Below, in pieces: positions 1 through 9,637 of a DNA stretch of 64,000 bases. The stretch lies in the NCBI GenBank assembly GCA_963757275.1, contig CAVWQW010000005.1:1111689-1175688 (forward strand). Direction: 5' to 3'. How positions within the stretch are numbered: the stretch's first letter is position 1; the number at the start of each line of letters is the position of its first letter. Made by a program: the position numbers and the translations under genes. This DNA comes from an uncultured Solirubrobacterales bacterium (lineage in GTDB: Bacteria; Actinomycetota; Thermoleophilia; Solirubrobacterales; Solirubrobacteraceae). A model generated the notes under the pieces. It did not search any database and was not told the origin of the DNA. It saw only the letters and a program-made list of their open reading frames with translations.

Positions 1-483
1 TTCGAGCCGGAGATCTTCGACCACTTCCCGGCGGTCGATCCGGTCGACTGGGCGCTTGACGTGTTTCCCGCCCTGCTGGCGTCGGGCGCGGCGTTCCACG
101 TCCACGAGACCCACTCCTACTGGAACGACGTCGGGTCGCTCGACGAGCTCCGGACGGGGACCTTCGACGCCCTCGCCGGTGACCTCCAGATCGAGCCGGT
201 CGGCGAGAGCACGGTGCCGGGCATCACGATCTGCGACGGGTCGGCCCTCGACGCGAAGTCGGTCGTCTCACTCCCGATCTGGATCGGCCACGACGTTCGG
301 ATCGGCAGCGACGTCCGCCTCCACGGGCCGGTCGTCGTCGGCGACGGAGCCGTTCTCGGCGACGGCGTCTGCCTGCGGGAGACGATCGTCCTGCCGGGCA
401 CGAACGTCCCCGACCGGGCGATCGTGATCGGGGCGATCACCGGCCACGCCGGGATCCTCGAAAGCCTCCGACCCCGGGTCTAG
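1..483 (+). CDS. sugar-phosphate nucleotidyltransferase, C-terminal part (5' end lies outside the window)
   Basis: Frame 1 is open from base 1 (FEPEIFDHFP...) to the TAG at 481-483. The C-terminus has left-handed beta-helix style hexapeptide repeats (IGHDVRIGSDVRLHGPVVVGDGAVLGDGVCL), as in mannose-1-P guanylyltransferase/GlmU-like enzymes. Confidence 0.6.
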   Translation, partial: FEPEIFDHFPAVDPVDWALDVFPALLASGAAFHVHETHSYWNDVGSLDELRTGTFDALAGDLQIEPVGESTVPGITICDGSALDAKSVVSLPIWIGHDVRIGSDVRLHGPVVVGDGAVLGDGVCLRETIVLPGTNVPDRAIVIGAITGHAGILESLRPRV

Positions 484-1305
484 CGCCTCCGCGCCCTCTT
501 GGGCGTCGAGCAGCCGGTCGGCCCGGCGGGCGTCGCGCTCGGAGTCGCGGAGCACGCCGATGAAGATCACGGCGAGGGCGACCCCCATCACGAGGGACTG
601 CTCGAGTGCCATCAGGCCGCCGGCGAGCTCCTGGTCGGAGTGGGGCGAGAGGCCCCAGAAGCCGGGCTTGTCGGCGTAGAAGGGGTAGAGGGCGTGCGGC
701 GCGAAGACGAGGACCAGGCCGAGGATTCCGACGGCGAGCTTGGTCGCCGCCATGTAGACGGCCGGGCCCATCCCGCCGAGCCGGTGGCGGCTGCGGATCG
801 GCGCGAGCAGATGCCACCAGTAGAGGCCGCCGGCGACGGCGTAGGAGAGGTGCTCGAGGACGTGGACGAGGGCGTGGCGCAGGGCCGCGTCGTAGAGCGC
901 CGGGAGATGCCAGATCCAGACGGCGGCGACGTAGAAGACGACGGCGAACGCCGGCCGGCCGAGCCAGCCGGCCGACTCCTCGAGTCCGACCAGGCGGCGG
1001 GTTGCCGGGCGGAGGATCAGCTTCGTCTGGCCGCAGATCAGGAGGATCGGGGCGATGTCGAGGAGCAGGACGTGCTGGATCATGTGGACGAAGAAGAGGT
1101 CGTCGGCGATGCTGTCGATCGGCGAGATCAGGGCCCCGAAGATCGCGAGCAGGCCGGCGAGGAACGAGGCCAGGCGCCAGCGTCCGGCTCCCCGAGTCCC
1201 GTGCTCGGCACGGACCCGCCGCCAGCGGGGGACGTACAGCCAGAGGGCGGCGGCGATCGCGACCAGCACGACCGGCTCCGGCGTCCACGAGACGTGGGGG
1301 CTCAC
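268..1305 (-). CDS. cytochrome c oxidase assembly factor CtaG-like membrane protein
   Basis: GTG start at 1303-1305. Multi-pass hydrophobic protein with FFVHMIQHVLLLDIAPILLICG and WHLPALYD segments typical of the caa3-type CtaG family. The last ~70 codons are low complexity and antisense to the convergent gene at 1-483. Confidence 0.65.
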   Translation of the reverse strand: MSPHVSWTPEPVVLVAIAAALWLYVPRWRRVRAEHGTRGAGRWRLASFLAGLLAIFGALISPIDSIADDLFFVHMIQHVLLLDIAPILLICGQTKLILRPATRRLVGLEESAGWLGRPAFAVVFYVAAVWIWHLPALYDAALRHALVHVLEHLSYAVAGGLYWWHLLAPIRSRHRLGGMGPAVYMAATKLAVGILGLVLVFAPHALYPFYADKPGFWGLSPHSDQELAGGLMALEQSLVMGVALAVIFIGVLRDSERDARRADRLLDAQEGAEALDPGSEAFEDPGVAGDRPDHDRPVGDVRARQDDRLPQADAVAENGSVADDDRPVEADVAADPNVVADPDRE

Positions 1306-1527
1306 GCGGGTGATTGTCGTCTAACTGCGGCCGCCCGTCGCGCGTGCCTGCGGGATGGGCGCCCCCAGGCTCGCACGTCACCTCGACGCCTCGCCCGCGG
1401 CCGGATCGCGGGTCCCTCGGCCGGGGGGTGGCGTGCAGGCTGGCGTGCGGAGCCCGGCCGGTGAGAGGCGTAGCATCCCAAGTGCGCGAATGCGCGCTAC
1501 ATACAGTCCACCGTGAGAGGTGTACAA

Positions 1528-1878
1528 ATGCAGATCGACGTCAAGGGCCGCAACGTTCCGGTGACCGACGAGCTTCGCGACCACGTGGAGAAGCGCTTCG
1601 CGAACATCGGCAAGCAGACGCCCGAGTTCACGCGTCTGGAGATCGAGTTCTCGCTCGAGCGCAACCCGGCGATCCCCGACGCGCACATCGTCGATGCCGT
1701 CCTCTACCTCAAGGGCACCACGCTCCGGGCCAGCGACCGGTCGCGGGATCCGGAGCACGCGATGAACCTCTGCGCACATGAGCTCACACGTCAGGTCAAG
1801 CGCGACCGCGACAAGCGACGCAGACGCCGAGAGGCTCGCGTCCCCGGCTTGGCCGACCAGGCGTCGCCGGCGATCTGA
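1528..1878 (+). CDS. hpf: ribosome hibernation promoting factor (short HPF/RaiA type)
   Basis: MQIDVKGRNVPVTDELRDHVEKRFANIGK... is the canonical HPF/S30AE N-terminus. A GAGAGGTG Shine-Dalgarno sits 6 nt upstream of the ATG at 1528. It lies directly upstream of secA, a common synteny. Confidence 0.85.
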   Translation: MQIDVKGRNVPVTDELRDHVEKRFANIGKQTPEFTRLEIEFSLERNPAIPDAHIVDAVLYLKGTTLRASDRSRDPEHAMNLCAHELTRQVKRDRDKRRRRREARVPGLADQASPAI

Positions 1879-1963
1879 GGCGTTCTGAAGGGAAGGTCCC
1901 CGAGCTCCCCGCCGGTGCAGTCGGCCGGCGGGCGGGGCTCGTGCCGCTGGTAGGCTGAGCCGT

Positions 1964-4846
1964 ATGGGTCTCTTCGATCGTGCGCTCAACATGGGCGAGG
2001 GCAAGCGGTTCAAGCAGTTCGAGCAGCGGGTCAAGTTGGTCGGTGCCTACGAGGCCGAGCTCACGCTCGAGACCGACGAGGAGCTGCGGGCGAGGATGGA
2101 CGACCTGCGGGAACGGGGCCATGCCGGCGAGCCGCTCGACAAGCTCCAGGCCGAGTGCTTCGCAGTCGTCCGGGAGGTCGGCAGGCGGCAGATGGGGATG
2201 CGCCACTTCGACGTCCAGCTGATCGGCGGGATGGTGCTCGACGACGGGGCGATCGCCGAGATGCGGACCGGCGAGGGGAAGACGCTGACCGCGACGCTCG
2301 CGGTCGTCCTCAACTCGCTGGCCGGCAAGGGCGTCCACGTCGTCACGGTCAACGACTACCTCGCCCAGCGGGATGCCGAGTGGATGAACGCCCTCTACGG
2401 GCCACTCGGCGTGTCGGTCGGCGTCCTTCAGACGATGCAGCCGTACGAGGAGAAGCGGGCGGCCTACGCGTGCGACGTGACCTACGGGACGAACTCGGAG
2501 TTCGGCTTCGACTACCTACGCGACAACATGGCCGCCAGCCTGGAGGAGAAGGTCCAGCACGGCGGGCGCTTCGACGAGGCCGGTCGGCCGATGGCGAGCC
2601 ACTTCTACGCGGTCGTCGACGAGGTCGACAACATCCTGATCGACGAGGCCCGGACGCCGTTGATCATCTCCGGCGCGCCGGAGCAGGCGGCCGACCTCTA
2701 CGCGAAGTTCGCCCAGCTCGCCCGGCGACTCGAGCCGGGCAAGACCCCGGAGGGGCTCGACCCGAAGACGAAGAAGGAGTTCGTCGCGGACTTCGACTAC
2801 GAGTTCGAGGAGAAGCACAAGACCGTCGCGGTCACCGAGCGGGGGGTTGCGAGGGCCGAGAAGTTCCTCGGCATCGACCACCTCTACCGGGCCGAGAACG
2901 GACCGCTCGTCAACCACCTGATCCAGTCGCTGCGGGCCGAGTCGCTCTACAAGCGGGATGTCGACTATGCGGTGATCGACGACGAGGTCAAGATCATCGA
3001 CGAGTTCACCGGCCGGATGCTCGAAGGCCGGCGGTGGTCTGAGGGGCTCCACCAGGCGATCGAGGCGAAGGAGGGGGTCCGCGTCCAGGAGGAGAACCAG
3101 ACCTTGGCGACGATCACCCTGCAGAACTACTTCCGCCTCTACGACAAGCTCGCCGGGATGACCGGGACGGCGCTGACCGAGGCGACCGAGTTCATGAAGA
3201 TCTACAAGCTCCCGGTCGTCCAGATCCCGACCAACCGGCCGATGATCAGGGCGGATCGCAACGATCAGGTCTACAAGACGCGCGACGGAAAGTGGTCGGC
3301 GGTCGAACGCGAGATCGTCCAGCGCAACGCCCACGGCCAGCCTGTTCTCGTGGGAACGATCTCCGTCGAGGTCTCCGCTCTGCTCTCGGAGCGACTCCGC
3401 GCCCGGGGGATCAACCATCACGTCCTCAACGCGGTCACGGCAACCGACCCGCGGACGGCGACCGAGGCCGAGATGATTGCCGAAGCCGGTCAGCCGGGGG
3501 CGGTGACGATCGCGACGAATATGGCCGGGCGGGGCGTCGACATCCAGCTGGGGGGGAACGCCGAGCACCAGACGCGGCTCGAGCTGACGAAGCTCGGTCT
3601 GACGGCCGAGGACCCCGACTACGACGAGCATTTCGCGAAGGTCCTCCCGAAGATCGTCGAGCGGGTCGCCACCAACCGCGAGAAGGTCCTCGAGGCCGGC
3701 GGCCTGTTCATCGTCGGGACCGAGCGCCACGAGTCCCGCCGGATCGACAACCAACTCCGCGGGCGGTCCGGCCGCCAGGGGGACCCCGGCGAGTCGCGAT
3801 TCTTCCTCTCTGCCGAGGACGATCTGATCCGCCTGTTCGCGGGCGACCGGATCTACAAGATCCTCGACCGCCTCGGGAGCCTCGACGAGGCGGGCAACGA
3901 GGAGCCGATCGAGGCGGGCATCCTCTCCAAGCAGATCGAGAAGGCCCAGCGCAAGGTCGAGGAGCAGAACTTCCTCCAGCGCAAGCGCGTCCTCGAGTAC
4001 GACGACGTGATGAACGAGCAGCGGCGGATCGTCTACGCCCTCCGAGACCAGGTGCTCGAGGGCGGCGACATGGCCCAGGCCGCGCGGGAGGAGATCGCCG
4101 GCGTGATCGAGCGGACGGTCAGCGAGCACACGGCCGGCGACTTCATCGAGGACTGGGATCTCGACGGCCTGTTCGCCGTCCTCCGACAGAGCTACCCGGT
4201 CAGCTTCGGCCCGGATGACGTCGACGACGACCAGGTCGACCGGACATCCCTGACCGAACGGCTGGTCGCCGACGCCGACCGGCTCTACACCGAGCGGGAG
4301 ACCGAGCTCGGCGAGGAGCTGATGCGTGCCCTCGAGCGATACCTCCTGCTCCAGATCATCGACGAGCGGTGGCGTGAGCACCTCTACGACATGGATTACC
4401 TCCGCGAGGGGATCCACCTGCGGGGCTTCGCCCAGATCGAGCCGATCGTCGCCTACAAGAACGAGGCGTTCGACCTCTTCACCGACCTGATGACGACGAT
4501 CTGGTCTGATTTCGCCCGCATGATCTTCAACGTCCAGGTCCAGGTCGAGCCGCCCGACGTCGGCGGGCCGGCCGCCCCCCCGCCGCCACCGCTGCCCCCC
4601 TACAAGCCGGCCGGAAGCTCGACTCGCCCGGCGAGCGTCTCCTACTCCTCGGGTGGGCTGGCCGCCGAGCCGAGCGCAGTCGCCGTGGCCGCGGCTGCCG
4701 CGGGTGGACCGGCGGTGGCCGAGGAGGTCGCCGAGCTGATCCCGCACGTCGAGCAGCGGCGGGTGGCAACCGAGCAGCAGGTCGGTCGCAACGACATGTG
4801 CCCGTGCGGTTCGGGCAAGAAGTACAAGAAGTGTCATGGCGCCTGA
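1964..4846 (+). CDS. secA: preprotein translocase ATPase SecA
   Basis: 960 aa. Contains MRTGEGKTL (Walker A), the DEVDNILIDEARTPLIISG motif, TNMAGRGVDIQLGGN, and the C-terminal zinc motif CPCGSGKKYKKCHG. Confidence 0.97.
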   Translation: MGLFDRALNMGEGKRFKQFEQRVKLVGAYEAELTLETDEELRARMDDLRERGHAGEPLDKLQAECFAVVREVGRRQMGMRHFDVQLIGGMVLDDGAIAEMRTGEGKTLTATLAVVLNSLAGKGVHVVTVNDYLAQRDAEWMNALYGPLGVSVGVLQTMQPYEEKRAAYACDVTYGTNSEFGFDYLRDNMAASLEEKVQHGGRFDEAGRPMASHFYAVVDEVDNILIDEARTPLIISGAPEQAADLYAKFAQLARRLEPGKTPEGLDPKTKKEFVADFDYEFEEKHKTVAVTERGVARAEKFLGIDHLYRAENGPLVNHLIQSLRAESLYKRDVDYAVIDDEVKIIDEFTGRMLEGRRWSEGLHQAIEAKEGVRVQEENQTLATITLQNYFRLYDKLAGMTGTALTEATEFMKIYKLPVVQIPTNRPMIRADRNDQVYKTRDGKWSAVEREIVQRNAHGQPVLVGTISVEVSALLSERLRARGINHHVLNAVTATDPRTATEAEMIAEAGQPGAVTIATNMAGRGVDIQLGGNAEHQTRLELTKLGLTAEDPDYDEHFAKVLPKIVERVATNREKVLEAGGLFIVGTERHESRRIDNQLRGRSGRQGDPGESRFFLSAEDDLIRLFAGDRIYKILDRLGSLDEAGNEEPIEAGILSKQIEKAQRKVEEQNFLQRKRVLEYDDVMNEQRRIVYALRDQVLEGGDMAQAAREEIAGVIERTVSEHTAGDFIEDWDLDGLFAVLRQSYPVSFGPDDVDDDQVDRTSLTERLVADADRLYTERETELGEELMRALERYLLLQIIDERWREHLYDMDYLREGIHLRGFAQIEPIVAYKNEAFDLFTDLMTTIWSDFARMIFNVQVQVEPPDVGGPAAPPPPPLPPYKPAGSSTRPASVSYSSGGLAAEPSAVAVAAAAAGGPAVAEEVAELIPHVEQRRVATEQQVGRNDMCPCGSGKKYKKCHGA

Positions 4847-4910
4847 GGCTGGTCTGACCCCGCCGGCCCGCCGGCGGCCCACCGTGTCCGGCCGGCGCTC
4901 CGAATAGCAG

Positions 4911-5582
4911 GTGCCGGCGTCGTGGGGTAGGGCGGCTCTCGCCGCTCTGGCCGGGCTGATCCTGGTCGTCGGCCTCGCCGGCTGCGGCGGTGTCAGAGCG
5001 CAGGCTGCCGACTCGTGCCCGACCTGCGCGGCCGACCTGGCCCAGGCGCGGGCCGACGCGTTCGCGACCGTCGCCAAGCGCGTCTACGCCCAGGAGGTCT
5101 CCGGACCGGCCAATGGGGAGGCCTTCCAGGTGATCAGCCGGATCCCCGGACTGGTCGACGGCCTGACGACGAAAAACTACGCGCTCGCCCGCGCGGCGAT
5201 GCATCACCAGCCGATCCGCCACGCCGTCGGCGTGAGGGTCACGCGGGCCGGACGCACGCTGATCGACGTGAGCCTCCGGTTCGTGGTCGGCGGCCGGGTT
5301 CACGCGCTGCACGGCCGGAAGGGCGTCTACCTCGGACGGATCGAGGTCTCGATCCAGGACGTGATCGGGTTGATCAAGTTGGTCCACCGGCTGACGGGAG
5401 CCGACGTCGTCGTCGCGGGGTCGACCGGCCAGGTGAAGAGCTCGCTGCCGGACACCGCGGGGATCGCGCTCCCGGACACGGGTCCGGTGATCATCGGCGG
5501 CCGGCAGTACACGGTCAGCTCGTTCGCCGAACGTGGCTACGCCGACGAGCCCCTGCGGATCTGGATCCTCGCCCCGAGCTGA
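4911..5582 (+). CDS. hypothetical lipoprotein
   Basis: GTG start. Signal peptide with lipobox LAGC (ILVVGLAGCGG). No recognisable catalytic motif. Confidence 0.5.
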   Translation: MPASWGRAALAALAGLILVVGLAGCGGVRAQAADSCPTCAADLAQARADAFATVAKRVYAQEVSGPANGEAFQVISRIPGLVDGLTTKNYALARAAMHHQPIRHAVGVRVTRAGRTLIDVSLRFVVGGRVHALHGRKGVYLGRIEVSIQDVIGLIKLVHRLTGADVVVAGSTGQVKSSLPDTAGIALPDTGPVIIGGRQYTVSSFAERGYADEPLRIWILAPS

Positions 5583-5637
5583 CGCGCCGCCGGGCTGGGC
5601 CGGGGGTGACCGGCTGCTCCTAGTACCCTGGTCGGAG

Positions 5638-6748
5638 ATGGCCAACGCGCCGACATCCGAGCCGACACCGCAGCGCCTCGCTGCCGTCCGTGACCAGCTG
5701 TTGCTGCTCGCGGACTATCTTTGACCCGTCCGCGCTCGATTCGCGGGTCGCCGAGCTCGAAGCCAAGATGGGGGAGTCGGGCTTCTGGGAGGACTCCGAG
5801 ACGGCCGGCAAGATCTCGGCAGAGCACGCCCGGACGACCCGCCGCCTGAAGGCCTTCCGGTCGCTGGAGGAGGATGCCGGTGAGCTGGAGGGGCTCGTCG
5901 AGCTGGCCGACGAGGATCCGTCGCTCGCCGCCGAGGTCGAGGCCGACCTCGCGTCGGTCGAGGAGCGCCTGCTCGCGCTCGAGGAGGCCCGCCTCTTCTC
6001 GGGTCGCTACGACGCCGGCGACGCGCTCGTCACGATCAACGCCGGCGCCGGCGGCACAGACGCCCAGGACTGGGCGGAGATGGTGCTCCGGATGGAGCTC
6101 CGGTGGGCCGAGAAGCGCGGCTTCGAGACCGAGTTGCTCGAGGTCAGCGCCGGCGAGGAGGCCGGGATCAAATCCGCCACCTTCAAGGCTTCGGGGGAGA
6201 ATGCGTATGGCCTCTACGGGGCCGAGAAGGGTGTCCATCGCCTGGTCCGGCTGTCGCCCTTCGACTCCGCCAACCGCCGGCAGACGAGCTTCGCCGGCCT
6301 CGAGGTCGCCCCGGTCGTCGAGGGGGAGGGGGAGGTCGAGATCAACGACGACGACCTCCAGATCGACACCTACCGGGCGAGCGGGGCCGGCGGCCAGCAC
6401 GTCAACAAGACGGACTCGGCCGTCAGGATCACCCATCGGCCGTCGGGGATCGTCGTCCAGTGTCAGAACGAGCGATCCCAGTCGTCGAACAAGGCGACGG
6501 CGATGACGATGCTCAGGGCAAAACTCGCCGAGGCCGAGGAGCGGCGGCGCCAGGCGGAGATCGCCAAGGAGAAGGGCGAAGCCCAGGACGTCAACTTCGG
6601 CTCGCAGATCCGGTCGTATGTCCTCCACCCGTACACGATGGTCAAGGACCACCGGACCAACCACGAGATGGGCGACGCCCAGCGGGCCCTCGACGGCGAC
6701 CTCGACGGTTTCGTCCGCGCCTATCTTCTGAAGGTCGCCGGCGGCTGA
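5638..6748 (+). CDS. prfB: peptide chain release factor 2; needs a programmed +1 frameshift: join(5638..5721,5723..6748)
   Basis: ORF0 (MANAPTSEPTPQRLAAVRDQLLLLADYL) ends at CTT TGA C (5719-5725). The +1 frame continues DPSALDSRVAELEAKM... and contains SPF and GGQHVNKTDSAVRITH (GGQ motif). Confidence 0.93.
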
Positions 6749-6800
6749 GCCGCCAGGGGTCCGGCCGGCGGCTGAGCCGCCAGGGGTTCGGCCGGCGGCG
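6737..6800. repeat. 27-nt tandem duplication (about 2.4 copies) containing the prfB stop codon
   Basis: GCCGGCGGCTGAGCCGCCAGGGGTCCG (6737-6763), GCCGGCGGCTGAGCCGCCAGGGGTTCG (6764-6790), then GCCGGCGGCGG. Each full unit carries GGCGGC-TGA-GCCGCC. Confidence 0.9.
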
Positions 6801-6830
6801 GTGGCGGGACCGGGCCAACACGGACGATGT

Positions 6831-7718
6831 CTACGTGCGTGCTCGAAGCCAGGCGATCATGTCCCCGACCACCTCGGTCCGGTCTGGCTCGGTCTCGTTG
6901 AAGATCTCGTGGTAGAGGTCCGGGTAGACCTTCAGCGTCTTGTCGCTCGACCCCGCACCCTCGAAGAGCATCTTCGCGCCGTCCGGCGAGACGATCCGAT
7001 CCGCCCCGGCCGACATGATCAGAAGCGGCAGCTCGAGGTTCCCAGCCTCCGCGGGAAAGGCGCGGACCGCCTTCACCAGTTCGGCGACAGTCCTGGCCGG
7101 CAGCCCCGCGTGGTGGACCAGAGGATCATCCTCGTAGGCCTTCACCTGCTCCGGATCACGGCTGACCAGGCTCGGATCGACCTTCGAGACGCCGAGCGTC
7201 GGCGCAACGCGCGAGAGCACGCCGATCGCGACCCGCTGCGCCGGCCCGACATCCGGGAGCGAGAGCAATGGACTCGACAGGATCAGCCCCGCCAGCCGCT
7301 CCGGCCACCTCAGGGCGAACGCCGTCGCGATCGTCCCGCCCATGCTGTGACCCAGCAGGTACGGCGGCCGCCCCCCGGCCTTCTGGGCCGCCCCAGCCAC
7401 GAGCTGGTAGAGGTCGACCAGCGCCCAGTCCATCCGCCTGATCAACGCCCGCGGCCCGCCCGATCGGCCGTGGCCCTGATGGTCGAGTGCGTAGACCGCG
7501 TAGCCCGCCCCGACGAGCGCTCCGGCCACCGCGTCGTAGCGCCCGCTGTGCTCGCCCGCCCCGTGGGCGATCACCACCGACCCCCGCGCGTACGGCTGCT
7601 GCTCGGGCAGCCACGCCCGCCAGTAGATCTCGGGTCCGCCGGGCCTCGCCGGTCCCCCGGGCCGCGCCGGCCGATCGGCCTCGGCTGCTGCTTCGCCCGC
7701 CTCGCCTTCCGTCCCCAT
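6831..7718 (-). CDS. alpha/beta hydrolase (lysophospholipase / monoacylglycerol lipase-like)
   Basis: [10 protein letters not shown], nucleophile elbow GHSMGG, and a C-terminal [11 protein letters not shown] (His of the catalytic triad). Confidence 0.8.
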   Translation of the reverse strand: MGTEGEAGEAAAEADRPARPGGPARPGGPEIYWRAWLPEQQPYARGSVVIAHGAGEHSGRYDAVAGALVGAGYAVYALDHQGHGRSGGPRALIRRMDWALVDLYQLVAGAAQKAGGRPPYLLGHSMGGTIATAFALRWPERLAGLILSSPLLSLPDVGPAQRVAIGVLSRVAPTLGVSKVDPSLVSRDPEQVKAYEDDPLVHHAGLPARTVAELVKAVRAFPAEAGNLELPLLIMSAGADRIVSPDGAKMLFEGAGSSDKTLKVYPDLYHEIFNETEPDRTEVVGDMIAWLRART

Positions 7719-7730
7719 TTCCCGGCACCC

Positions 7731-7736
7731 TATCCT
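7731..7736 (+). promoter_or_regulatory. candidate -10 element (TATCCT) for a leaderless nadC transcript
   Basis: Only 26 bp separate the divergent start codons (7718 and 7745). TATCCT ends 8 nt before the nadC ATG. No Shine-Dalgarno is possible for either gene. Confidence 0.3.
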
Positions 7737-7744
7737 GGACGGGC

Positions 7745-8593
7745 ATGACCCCCGTTCACGAGGCCCTCGTCCGCCGCGCCATCGCCGAGGATCTCGGGTC
7801 CGGCGACGTCACCTCCGAGGCCACCGTCCCCCAACACGCCCGCGCCCTCGCGACGATCACTCAGAAGGAGCCCGGCGTCCTCTTCGGCCTCGACCTCGCC
7901 GAGCTGACCTTCCACCTCCTCGACCCCGACGTCGTCGTCACCCGGCTAGCCGCAGAGGGCGTCTGGCGCGAACCCGGGCCCGTCCTCGAAGTCCGCGGAT
8001 CCGCCCGCGGCCTGCTCGCCGCCGAGCGGACCGCCCTCAACTTCCTCCAGCGGCTCTCCGGCGTCGCCACGCTCGCCGCCCGCTGCGCCGCAGCCGTCGA
8101 AGGCACCGGGGCCCGCGTGCTCGACACCCGCAAGACCACCCCCGGCCTGCGCGCGCTCGAGAAGGCCGCCGTCGCAGCCGGCGGCGCGACCAACCATCGG
8201 GCCGGCCTCTACGACGCGATCCTGATCAAGGAGAACCACATCGCCCTGGCCGGCGGCGTCGCCCCCGCCGTCCACGCCGCCCGCGCCCACGCCCCGGACC
8301 TCCCGCTCGAAGTCGAGTGCCGCACGCCCGCCGAGATCGACGACGCCCTCTCGGCCGGAGCCGACCGGATCCTGCTCGACAACATGACCGCCGATCAGCT
8401 CCGCGCCGCCGTCGCCCGGGTCGCCGGCCGGGCCACGCTCGAGGCCAGCGGCGGCGTCACCCTCGCCACGCTGCGGGAGCACGCCAGCACCGGCGTACAA
8501 TTCGTATCGATGGGAGCCATCACCCACTCCGCCCCCGCCCTCGACATCTCCCTCATCCTGACCCTGATCCACGACGATCCCCAGGCCCCGTGA
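7745..8593 (+). CDS. nadC: nicotinate-nucleotide pyrophosphorylase (carboxylating)
   Basis: [26 protein letters not shown]..., [36 protein letters not shown]. The longer ORF in the track (from 7487) is upstream read-through. Confidence 0.9.
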   Translation: MTPVHEALVRRAIAEDLGSGDVTSEATVPQHARALATITQKEPGVLFGLDLAELTFHLLDPDVVVTRLAAEGVWREPGPVLEVRGSARGLLAAERTALNFLQRLSGVATLAARCAAAVEGTGARVLDTRKTTPGLRALEKAAVAAGGATNHRAGLYDAILIKENHIALAGGVAPAVHAARAHAPDLPLEVECRTPAEIDDALSAGADRILLDNMTADQLRAAVARVAGRATLEASGGVTLATLREHASTGVQFVSMGAITHSAPALDISLILTLIHDDPQAP

Positions 8594-8604
8594 ACCTGCT
8601 GCCG

Positions 8605-9603
8605 ATGGCCGCCGACCCGATCGCCCCGCCCTTGAGCGCGGCCGAGATCGAGTCCCTCTCCGCCGAGATCCGTGACCTCGCGAGCGCCCGCGACGCCGTC
8701 ATCCTGGCCCACAACTACCAGGTGCCCGAGGTCCAGGACATCGCCCACTTCGTCGGCGACTCGCTCGGCCTCTCCCAGCAGGCCGCGGCCGCTCCCGAGC
8801 AGACGATCGTCTTCTGCGGCGTCCACTTCATGGCCGAGACCGCCGCCATCCTCTGCCCCCAGAAGACCGTCCTGATCCCCGATCCCGACGCCGGCTGCTC
8901 GCTCGCCGACTCGATCGACGCGACCCAACTCCGCGACTGGAAGGCCGATCACCCGGCGGCCGTCGTCGTGATGTACGTCAACACCTCAGCCGAGGTCAAG
9001 GCCCTCACCGACTACTGCGTGACCTCCTCCAACGCCGTCTCCGTCGTCCGCCACATCCTCGCCACCCACGGCCCCGACACCGAGATCCTCTTCGGCCCCG
9101 ACATGTTCCTCGGCGCCTACGTCGAACGGACGGTCGGCCGGCGGATGCACGTCTGGGACGGCGAGTGCCACGTACACGCCGGGATCCGCCCCTCCGACAT
9201 CGCCGCCACCCGGACCGCCCACCCCGACGCCGACTTCCTGATCCACCCCGAATGCGGCTGCTCGACCTCCGTCATGGAGTACGTCGCCGCCGGTGACGTC
9301 CCCTCCGACGGCGTCCACATGCTCTCGACCGGCGGCATGCTCACCTACGCCGAGCGCTCCACCCCCGGCTCGAGCGCGATCGTCGCAACCGAGATCGGCA
9401 TGCTCCACCCCCTCCGCCTCGCCGCCCCCCAGACCGACTTCATCGCCGCCAACGAGCAGGCCAGCTGCCGCTACATGAAGATGATCACCCTTCCCAAGCT
9501 CCGCGACGCCCTCCGCGACAACGTCCACGAAGTCCGCGTCGCCCCCGCCACGGCCGACGCCGCCCGAGTGGCGATCGAACGCATGGTCGCCATCCGCCCC
9601 TGA
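8605..9603 (+). CDS. nadA: quinolinate synthase
   Basis: [50 protein letters not shown]. An alternative GTG at 8590 would overlap the nadC stop (GTGA). Confidence 0.9.
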   Translation: MAADPIAPPLSAAEIESLSAEIRDLASARDAVILAHNYQVPEVQDIAHFVGDSLGLSQQAAAAPEQTIVFCGVHFMAETAAILCPQKTVLIPDPDAGCSLADSIDATQLRDWKADHPAAVVVMYVNTSAEVKALTDYCVTSSNAVSVVRHILATHGPDTEILFGPDMFLGAYVERTVGRRMHVWDGECHVHAGIRPSDIAATRTAHPDADFLIHPECGCSTSVMEYVAAGDVPSDGVHMLSTGGMLTYAERSTPGSSAIVATEIGMLHPLRLAAPQTDFIAANEQASCRYMKMITLPKLRDALRDNVHEVRVAPATADAARVAIERMVAIRP

Positions 9604-9637
9604 CTCCGGGCGTGGCCAGAAAAACAACCCTCTCGAC

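Noticed and set aside
2516-5077. Very long ORFs in the track on the strand opposite to, or out of frame with, recognisable genes. Examples: 2516-5077(-), 11837-13918(-), 26925-28517(-), 28321-30417(-) upstream part, 37530-39038(-), 38635-40233(-), 58065-60554(+), 54939-57377(-) upstream part.
   Set aside because: Their translations are dominated by Arg/Pro/Gly/Asp/Ala runs with no motifs, and each is fully shadowed by a gene with clear family signatures. Long shadow ORFs are expected at this G+C content. Only the motif-bearing portions (for example metK and the YedZ-like domain) were kept, with revised starts.
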